A stretch of 64,000 nt of DNA from an uncultured Candidatus Rokubacteria bacterium (GTDB taxonomy: Bacteria; Methylomirabilota; Methylomirabilia; Rokubacteriales; DASRDR01): NCBI GenBank assembly GCA_963826115.1, contig CAWGVS010000012.1, forward strand, positions 816,118-880,117, read 5' to 3'. The notes under the pieces were generated by a model. That model was not told where the DNA came from and ran no database searches. It was given only the letters and a program-made list of their open reading frames with translations. Below are positions 53,161 to 64,000 of this stretch, piece by piece. Numbering within the stretch: the first letter of the stretch is position 1; each line of letters begins with the position of its first letter. The translations under genes and the position numbers were made by a program.

Positions 53161-53907
53161 GTGCCGCTCCTCCGGACCGAGGGGATCGTCCTCCAGACCT
53201 GGGATCTGGGCGAGCACGACCGGCTCGTGACGCTCTACACTCGGGACCACGGCCGGCTCGCCGCCGTGGTCCGGGGGGCCCGGCGCCTCCGCTCGCGCTT
53301 CGGCGGCGCGCTCGAGCTCTTCACCTGGGGCGACGCGGTCGGCTTCGAGCGCGAGGGGCGTGCGCTCGTGCGCCTCGACCACTTCGACATCCGCGAGCCG
53401 TTCCGGCGGCTCCGCGACGACCTGGAGTGCCTCGGCCAGGGCGCCCGGATGATCGAGGCGATCGCGCGCCTGACGGCCGAGCGAGACGCCCAGCCCCTCT
53501 GCTTCGCGCTGCTCCTCCGGGCCCTCCGCGCGCTCGACGCGGGGGCGGCGCCCGCCCGTGTCCAGCTGGCCTTCGCGCTCCGGCTGCTCGATCTCCTCGG
53601 CCACCGGCCGAGGCTCGACCGCTGCGGACGGTGCGGCCGGCCGGTGGGGACCCAGGGGATCGCGTTCGACGCGGCCGAGGGCCACGTGGTGTGCGGGACC
53701 TGCGGCGGCGCCCCCGCCCTCCAGCCGGCCGTGGCGGCCGCCCTGCGGGGCCTCCAGGGCGCCTCCTGGGAGGCGCGCCTCGGCGCCCGGCTCCTGCCGG
53801 CGGTGGAGCACGCGGCGGCGGCGGCGCTTGACGACTACCTGGCGATGCTGGTCGGCGCGCCCCTGCGGGCGCCCCGCTTCCTGGCCCGGACTCGCACGCC
53901 GGAGTAG
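53161..53907 (+). CDS. recO: DNA repair protein RecO
   Basis: TEGIVL, GEHDRLV.LYT...G, RGARR..SRF, C..C...C..C zinc finger; follows era. Confidence 0.92.
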   Translation: MPLLRTEGIVLQTWDLGEHDRLVTLYTRDHGRLAAVVRGARRLRSRFGGALELFTWGDAVGFEREGRALVRLDHFDIREPFRRLRDDLECLGQGARMIEAIARLTAERDAQPLCFALLLRALRALDAGAAPARVQLAFALRLLDLLGHRPRLDRCGRCGRPVGTQGIAFDAAEGHVVCGTCGGAPALQPAVAAALRGLQGASWEARLGARLLPAVEHAAAAALDDYLAMLVGAPLRAPRFLARTRTPE

Positions 53908-53923
53908 CCGGGCCCGGCGCCCG

Positions 53924-55912
53924 TCAGGGCTGCGTCGTCGAGGTGCTGGCTGCGGAGGCCGGCGCGGGGGGAAAGTCCTCGACGGGCTGGCCCCGGAGGG
54001 CCGTCCGCATCAGCGCCACCCAGATCGGGAGAGCCGCGCGGGCGCCCGTCTCCTCGTGTCCAAGGGTCCGCGGACGGTCGTGGCCGATCCAGACCCCGGC
54101 GACGAGCGAGGGCGTATAGCCGACGAACCAGGCGTTCGAGAAATCGTTCGTCGTGCCGGTCTTGCCGGCGATGGGCCGCTCGAGGACCCGGGCGCCGACC
54201 GCGGTGCCCCGCTCGACGGCGCCGCGGAGCATCTGCGTCAGCCCGAGCGCCATTCCGGGATCGATGGCCTCGCGCCCCTGGGGGATGTTCTCCTCGACCA
54301 GGCGCCCCTGGGCGTCGGTCAGGTAGCGGACCATCAGCGGCTCCATGCGGACGCCCTGGTTCGCGAACGTTCCGTAGGCAGCGGTGAGCTCGAGGAGCGT
54401 CACGTCGCCGCTGCCGAGCGCGAGGGTGAGATCGTGCGGGAGCGGGCTCTGGATCCCGGCGCGCCGCGCCGTGTCGATGACCTTGTTCACGCCGATCTGC
54501 TCGAGCAGCTTGATCGTCGGGATGTTGATCGATTCCTCGAGCGCCTGCTGGAGCGTGACGGGGCCGCGGAACTTCCCGTCGTAGTTCTCGGGCGCCCAGA
54601 CCTTGCCACCCGAGGTGTAGCTGATCGGCTGGTCCTCGACGATCTCGGTGGGCGCATGCCCGGCCTCGAGCGCCGCCAGGTAGACGAAGGGCTTGAAGGC
54701 CGACCCGGGCTGGCGGTGCGCGTGAAGCGCGCGGTTGAACTCCGTCCGGCTGAAGTCCGCGCCCCCGATGAGGGCCTTCACATAGCCGGTCGTCGCCTCC
54801 ATCACGACGACGGCGCCTTCGGGCGCCGGCGAGGGCGGCCCGGCGCCCGCCTTGCTGCGGGCGGTCCGCGCGCTCTGCCGCTCGACGATGGCCTGGAGGC
54901 CGTCCCGGAGCGCCTGCTCCGCGGCGCGCTGGAGGACGGGATCGAGCGTCGTGTAGATGGCGAGCCCGCTCTTGTAGAGGACCTCGCTCCCGTACTTCGC
55001 CTCGAGGCTCTGCTGGAGATATTCGAGGAAGTACTGGCCGCTGCCCCGCCGCCGCTCCGAGGGCACCAACCCGAGCGGCGCGCGGTTCGTCGCCTTGGCC
55101 TCGGTCTCGCTGATGTACCCCTGCTCGAGGAGGCGCCCGACGACGATCGCGCGGCGCCGCTGGGCGAGCTCGGGCCGCTCGAAGGGCGAGTAGTTCCCGG
55201 GCGAGCGCGGGAGCGCCGCCAGCATCGCGGACTCGGGCAAGGTGAGGTCCTGCACGGACTTGCCGAAGTACATCCGCGCGGCCGCCTCGACACCGAAGGC
55301 GCCGTGCCCCATGTACACCTGGTTCAGGTACAGCTCGAGCAGCCGGTCCTTCGAGTACCGCTTCTCCAGCTCGAGCGCGAGGAGCGCCTCCTTGACCTTG
55401 CGGGAGAAGCTCCGGTCCGGGGTCAGGAAGAGGACCTTGGCCAGCTGCTGGGTGATCGTGCTCCCGCCCTCGACGACCCGGCCGTGGCGGAAGTTCGCGT
55501 AGGCGGCCCGGCCGATGCCCCGGACGTCGACCCCGAAGTGCGAGTAGAAGCGCGAGTCCTCGACCGCGATGATCGCGTTGCGGAGCGCGGGCGGGATCTG
55601 CTGGAGCGGGACGAAGATCCGCTTCTCCGCCTGGAACTCGGTGAGGAACTCGTCGTCCGCCCCGTACACGCGACTCCCGACGCTCGGCGTGTACTCCTCG
55701 AGCGCCTTCGCCGGCGGGAGGTCGGTCGGCCAGTAGACATACGCGGCGACCGCGACGCCGGCGACCGCCAGGACGACCAGGAGGACGACCGAGAGCACGA
55801 CCCAGCGAACGATCCGCCACGGCGGGAGAAACCGCCAGCGCCGCCGACGACTGCCGGGCGCAGCGCGCTGGTTGGGGACCGCGGGGCGGCGGCGGCGGCG
55901 TGCGGACTCGAT
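53924..55912 (-). CDS. Class A penicillin-binding protein (PBP1A family)
   Basis: Transglycosylase motifs EDSRF and [11 protein letters not shown]; transpeptidase SAFK, SIN, KTG. Start placed at ATC 55912 (7 nt after GGGAGGT); the first canonical start is GTG 55798, inside the TM helix. Confidence 0.92.
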   Translation of the reverse strand: MESARRRRRPAVPNQRAAPGSRRRRWRFLPPWRIVRWVVLSVVLLVVLAVAGVAVAAYVYWPTDLPPAKALEEYTPSVGSRVYGADDEFLTEFQAEKRIFVPLQQIPPALRNAIIAVEDSRFYSHFGVDVRGIGRAAYANFRHGRVVEGGSTITQQLAKVLFLTPDRSFSRKVKEALLALELEKRYSKDRLLELYLNQVYMGHGAFGVEAAARMYFGKSVQDLTLPESAMLAALPRSPGNYSPFERPELAQRRRAIVVGRLLEQGYISETEAKATNRAPLGLVPSERRRGSGQYFLEYLQQSLEAKYGSEVLYKSGLAIYTTLDPVLQRAAEQALRDGLQAIVERQSARTARSKAGAGPPSPAPEGAVVVMEATTGYVKALIGGADFSRTEFNRALHAHRQPGSAFKPFVYLAALEAGHAPTEIVEDQPISYTSGGKVWAPENYDGKFRGPVTLQQALEESINIPTIKLLEQIGVNKVIDTARRAGIQSPLPHDLTLALGSGDVTLLELTAAYGTFANQGVRMEPLMVRYLTDAQGRLVEENIPQGREAIDPGMALGLTQMLRGAVERGTAVGARVLERPIAGKTGTTNDFSNAWFVGYTPSLVAGVWIGHDRPRTLGHEETGARAALPIWVALMRTALRGQPVEDFPPAPASAASTSTTQP

Positions 55913-56018
55913 GGCGCGGACCTCCCGTCAGGCCTCGGGGACGCGTCCATTATACTCTCGGGCTCCCGATCGCCGTTGCTTGCGAGGGTCCGGGAGCCTG
56001 TGCTACAACCCTCCCGCC

Positions 56019-57269
56019 ATGGCTCCGTCCCCGCCCGTCGACGAGCAGCTCGCGCAGATCCGCCTCGGCACGGCGGCGATCGTCAGCGAGGACGAGCTGC
56101 GCGGCAAGCTCGAGCGAGCGCGCGCACGCGGCACGCCGCTTCGCATCAAGGTCGGCTTCGACCCGACCGCGCCGGACCTCCACCTCGGGCACACCGTGGT
56201 GATCCAGAAGATGCGCCAGTTCCAGGACCTCGGACACACGGTCTACTTCGTGATCGGCGACTTCACGGGGCTGATCGGCGACCCGACCGGGAAGTCGGAG
56301 ACGCGGCGGGCGCTCACCCGGGCCGAGGTCGAGGCGAACGCCCAGACCTACCGCGACCAGGTGTTCAAGATCCTCGACCCGGAGCGGACCCGCGTGGTCT
56401 TCAACTCGTCCTGGCTCGCGCCCCTGAAGGCGGAGGACGTGATCCGCATGACCGCGCAGGTGACCGTCGCGCGGCTTCTCTCGCGCGAGGACTTCGCGGT
56501 CCGCTACGAAGAGGAGCGCCCGATCCACCTCCACGAGTTCCTGTACCCGCTGTTTCAGGCCCAGGACTCGGTGGCGCTCGAGACCGACGTGGAGATGGGC
56601 GGGACGGACCAGACGTTCAACCTCCTGGTCGGCCGCGATCTCCAGCGGGCGGTCGGCCAGGAGCCCCAGATCTCGATCACGATGCCGATCCTCGTGGGGA
56701 CCGACGGCGTCCAGAAGATGTCCAAGAGCCTCGGCAACTACATCGGGATAACCGAGCCTGCCGCCGAGATGTACGGAAAGCTCATGTCCGTCTCCGACGC
56801 CGTGATGGTCACCTATTACCCGCTCGTGAGCGGGCTGCCGGCCGCCGAGGTGGACGCGATCACGACGGGCGTGAGCGCCGGCACGCATCATCCGATGGAC
56901 GCGAAGAAGCGCCTGGCCGAGCGCGTCGTCACGCGCTTCCACGGCGCCGTGGCGGCGCGCGCGGCGGCGGACACGTTCGCCCGCCAGTTCCAGAGCCGGG
57001 AGATCCCGAGCGACGTCCGCGAAGTCGAGTACCCGGTCCGGATCGGGGTCCAGGTGCGCGTCTGGGAGGTCGTGGCGACGACGCACCTGGCCGCGTCCGC
57101 CAGTGAAGCCAAGCGCCTGGTCCAGCAGGGCGGGATCCGGATCGACGGGACGAAGGTCGAAGATCCCTATCAAACCGTGGGGATCCGGCCCGGGGACACG
57201 CTCCTCGTCCAGCGGGGCCGCCGGGATTTCGCCCGGCTCCGGGGGGTCCCGGCCCCCGATTCCCCGTAG
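56019..57269 (+). CDS. tyrS: Tyrosine--tRNA ligase
   Basis: [26 protein letters not shown]-terminal S4 domain. Confidence 0.96.
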   Translation: MAPSPPVDEQLAQIRLGTAAIVSEDELRGKLERARARGTPLRIKVGFDPTAPDLHLGHTVVIQKMRQFQDLGHTVYFVIGDFTGLIGDPTGKSETRRALTRAEVEANAQTYRDQVFKILDPERTRVVFNSSWLAPLKAEDVIRMTAQVTVARLLSREDFAVRYEEERPIHLHEFLYPLFQAQDSVALETDVEMGGTDQTFNLLVGRDLQRAVGQEPQISITMPILVGTDGVQKMSKSLGNYIGITEPAAEMYGKLMSVSDAVMVTYYPLVSGLPAAEVDAITTGVSAGTHHPMDAKKRLAERVVTRFHGAVAARAAADTFARQFQSREIPSDVREVEYPVRIGVQVRVWEVVATTHLAASASEAKRLVQQGGIRIDGTKVEDPYQTVGIRPGDTLLVQRGRRDFARLRGVPAPDSP

Positions 57270-57283
57270 TCCGGGAAAACCCC

Positions 57284-57312
57284 TTGACAGGGCGTCCCCG
57301 CACCTTTAGTAT
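57284..57312 (+). promoter_or_regulatory. rRNA operon promoter
   Basis: TTGACA, 17 nt spacer, TAGTAT. Confidence 0.8.
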
Positions 57313-57411
57313 CCTCCTTTGCCTAGGCCCACCGTGACCTAGGCGTCGGAGGTTGAGACACCCGCCCGGCTGATCTCGCATCACCGGTCGTTGTTTTGAC
57401 CTAGCTGTTCC

Positions 57412-57423
57412 TGCTCTTTGAAA
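57412..57423 (+). promoter_or_regulatory. boxA antitermination element of the rrn leader
   Basis: TGCTCTTTGAAA; a second boxA-like GCTCTTTGACAA occurs in the 16S-23S spacer near 59368. Confidence 0.7.
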
Positions 57424-57519
57424 GCCGAATATGCTACTGGCTCACCGATATGGTGTGCATGCCCTTGCTCTGTCCGAGGCCGCAAGGCCGACGACGGAGC
57501 TGCATTACGCATGAAATCA

Positions 57520-59084
<1,565 letters not shown>

Positions 59085-59176
59085 TCGAATCGGGAGCGCT
59101 CCTTCGGGGGCGTTTCTGATCAGATCAACTAGGTCGGTGCCACCCTGCCGGATCGAGCCAGTAGCATTTTTTCCCC

Positions 59177-59253
59177 GGGCCTTTAGCTCAGCTGGTTAGA
59201 GCGCGCGCTTGATAAGCGCGAGGTCCCTGGTTCGATCCCAGGAAGGCCCACCA
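59177..59253 (+). tRNA. tRNA-Ile(GAT)
   Basis: Cloverleaf GGGCCTT...AAGGCCC-ACCA with anticodon loop TT-GAT-AA, in the rrn spacer. Confidence 0.96.
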
Positions 59254-59257
59254 CTTG

Positions 59258-59333
59258 GGGGATGTAGCTCAGCTGGGAGAGCACCTGCCTTGCACGCAGG
59301 GGGTCGCCGGTTCGAATCCGGTCATCTCCACCA
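59258..59333 (+). tRNA. tRNA-Ala(TGC)
   Basis: GGGGATG...CATCTCC-ACCA with the G3:U70 identity pair and anticodon TGC. Confidence 0.96.
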
Positions 59334-59428
59334 GGTGTCGTGACTTTCGGGGCCCTCGGGCCCCTCGGCTCTTTGACAACCGAATACGCGATCCTCGAGA
59401 AGCCAGAGCGTCTTCGAAACTAGTCCGT

Positions 59429-62425
<2,997 letters not shown>

Positions 62426-62496
62426 GCGGAATGGCTTCTTTCCAATTCTGATCTGACGTGATGGCGCTCGAGGATCGCGTGTAAGGGTTGCCGATT

Positions 62497-62613
<117 letters not shown>

Positions 62614-62620
62614 TTTTTAC

Positions 62621-62656
62621 ACGAAGGGCCCGGATCGAAAGGTCCGGGCCCTTCGT
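62621..62656. terminator. Strong hairpin between the rrn operon and the convergent M50 protease gene
   Basis: ACGAAGGGCCCGGATC-GAAA-GGTCCGGGCCCTTCGT, 16-bp stem with one G:U. Confidence 0.75.
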
Positions 62657-62676
62657 CCGTTCACGAGCCGATCGGC

Positions 62677-63333
62677 TCAGAAGATGGCGCGCAGCACGGT
62701 CAGGTAGAACGCGTTGGCCAGACCGAAGAGGGGCCCGACGATGTAGCGCGTGGCGCCCGAGAACACCAGGAGGAGCAGGAGGAGCGGCCCGTACTGCTCG
62801 AGGCGCGCCAGGAGCGGCCAGGACCGCCGCGGGAACAGGTACGGCAGGAAGTGCCCGCCGTCGAGCGGCGGCAGCGGGATCAGGTTGAAGATCGCGAGAC
62901 CGAGGTTGAACGTGTAGACGTAGCGGAGCATCCCCGCCACCGGCCGGGCGAGGAACGCGTTCCCCTCGAGCAGGCGGACGGCCAGAACCAGGACGACCAG
63001 CCCGACGAAGGCCATGAGGAAGTTCGACAGCGGACCGGCGGCGGCGACGCACGCCATGTCGCGCACGGGCCGCCGGAGGTTGCGCGCGTTGACCGGGACG
63101 GGGCGGGCCCAACCAAAGCCCGCGAACACGAAGGCCAGCGCCCCGAGCGGGTCGATGTGCGGCCGCGGATCGAGCGTGAGCCGCCCCGCGAGGCGCGCCG
63201 TCGGGTCGCCAAGGCGGTCGGCCACCCAGCCGTGCGCGACCTCGTGGACGGTGACCGCGATGAGCAGGCCGGGGATCATGAGGAGGAGCAGCTGGAGCGC
63301 CCCGGCAGGATCCCGCAGGAAGTCGTCGATCAT
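62677..63333 (-). CDS. Site-2 protease (peptidase M50)
   Basis: HEVAHG, GD.TA...GRLTL, FGWARPVPVN, AAGPLSN, FNLIPLPPLDGG. Confidence 0.93.
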   Translation of the reverse strand: MIDDFLRDPAGALQLLLLMIPGLLIAVTVHEVAHGWVADRLGDPTARLAGRLTLDPRPHIDPLGALAFVFAGFGWARPVPVNARNLRRPVRDMACVAAAGPLSNFLMAFVGLVVLVLAVRLLEGNAFLARPVAGMLRYVYTFNLGLAIFNLIPLPPLDGGHFLPYLFPRRSWPLLARLEQYGPLLLLLLVFSGATRYIVGPLFGLANAFYLTVLRAIF

Positions 63334-63545
63334 GCGTCGCGCCGGATCGCGGCCGGGACCGGCGAATCGGGCAGCGCCAGCGGCGGGCCGGGCACGCGGA
63401 AGGCCCCGTCGGGCCAGCGCCCCAGATCGACGAGCTCGCACCTGATCGAGCCGAAGGGCCGCGTCCCGTTTCCGGCCGCCGCGATCGCGGAGTCGCGCGT
63501 CGGGCGCCGCGGGCCCGCTGTCCGCTTGCCAGCTTGCTCGATCAC
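63330..63545 (-). CDS. Small hypothetical protein (71 aa), coupled to the M50 protease
   Basis: GTG start 6 nt after a TACGAT -10 box; its stop overlaps the protease ATG (ATGA). No family recognised. Confidence 0.45.
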   Translation of the reverse strand: MIEQAGKRTAGPRRPTRDSAIAAAGNGTRPFGSIRCELVDLGRWPDGAFRVPGPPLALPDSPVPAAIRRDA

Positions 63546-63695
63546 GGAGCCATCGTAGCCACGAGGCCCGTCGGCCGGCAAGCGCGCCCATCGGGAGTGA
63601 CGCCGGCGCCGGGTCTTGCCGGCGACGGCTCTGCTATACTGTCGCCGGCCTACGGCCGATCTGTACGGCATCCATTCCATTCGGGAGACTTTTAC

Positions 63696-64000
63696 ATGAA
63701 CGCGATGCGCTGTTCGTATGGCCGCCGAGCGGCCACACCCGCGGCGGTGTTCGGCCTCCTCATGCTGCTGGGGGTGTTGCTCGTGGCCACGGCCCCGGCT
63801 CTCGCCCAGACGGCCGCCCCGGCGGCGGCGCCCGCCCACCAGGGCGGGGGCGAGGCCAGCCTCAGGATGCCGGACCTCGGCTCGATCCAGCTGATGGGCG
63901 TGAACGGGCGCACGCTCCTCATGTGGGGCCTCGGCGTCTGCGTCCTCGGCCTCGTCTTCGGGCTGGTCATCTTCAACCGCGTCAAGAACATGCCGGTGCA
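63696..64000 (+). CDS. hppA: Membrane-bound H+/Na+-translocating pyrophosphatase, N-terminus (runs off the window)
   Basis: Not in the ORF track because no stop lies in the window. Reads MNAMRC...GGGEASLRMPDL...GLVFGLVIFNRVKNMPV, matching the N-terminus I recall for M-PPases (GGEAxLxxPDL...LPVH). SD GGGAG; extended -10 TGCTATACT at 63632-63640. Confidence 0.75.
   Translation, partial: MNAMRCSYGRRAATPAAVFGLLMLLGVLLVATAPALAQTAAPAAAPAHQGGGEASLRMPDLGSIQLMGVNGRTLLMWGLGVCVLGLVFGLVIFNRVKNMPV

Noticed and set aside
53558-57106. Very long overlapping or antisense ORFs (also 16764-19826, 48556-51405, 11144-14011)
   Set aside because: Shadow frames of real genes caused by stop-codon scarcity at high GC3; no independent motifs.
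63692-63991. 99-aa minus-strand ORF
   Set aside because: Antisense shadow of the plus-strand hppA N-terminus, which has the SD, promoter and family motif.

Overview
High-GC bacterial chromosomal window made almost entirely of core genes. The lineage is plausibly Ca. Rokubacteria/Methylomirabilota; this is an inference from GC content and gene style, not a classification. In order: 3' part of an ECF sigma factor; a TVP38/VTT membrane protein; rplU-rpmA-obgE-proB-proA-nadD-rsfS-dksA-like-comF; gap-pgk-tpiA-secG; two peptide ABC transporter modules (yejABEF-like, with a 1-nt frameshift in yejA, and a second SBP plus two permeases with no ATPase); tRNA-Leu(GAG); a tightly coupled lipA-nuoABCDEFGHIJK-pdhABC-lpdA run with no nuoLMN; DUF948/YtxH; pccB and the methylmalonyl-CoA mutase large subunit; an uncharacterised envelope trio (FG-GAP/VCBS protein, major porin, secreted hypothetical); ispB-like, DUF62 SAM hydrolase, FmdB; gamma-CA-hisS-aspS-phoH-ybeY-era-recO; PBP1A; tyrS; a complete 16S-tRNA-Ile-tRNA-Ala-23S-5S operon; an M50 protease with a coupled small ORF; and the start of hppA. 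I found no CRISPR array, integrase, transposase or defence system, and no clearly new biological system. The best leads are the complex I/PDH superoperon lacking the antiporter subunits, mini-ORFs that bridge nuo genes with double start/stop overlaps, an apparent ATC start codon for PBP1A, leaderless genes, and the porin locus.
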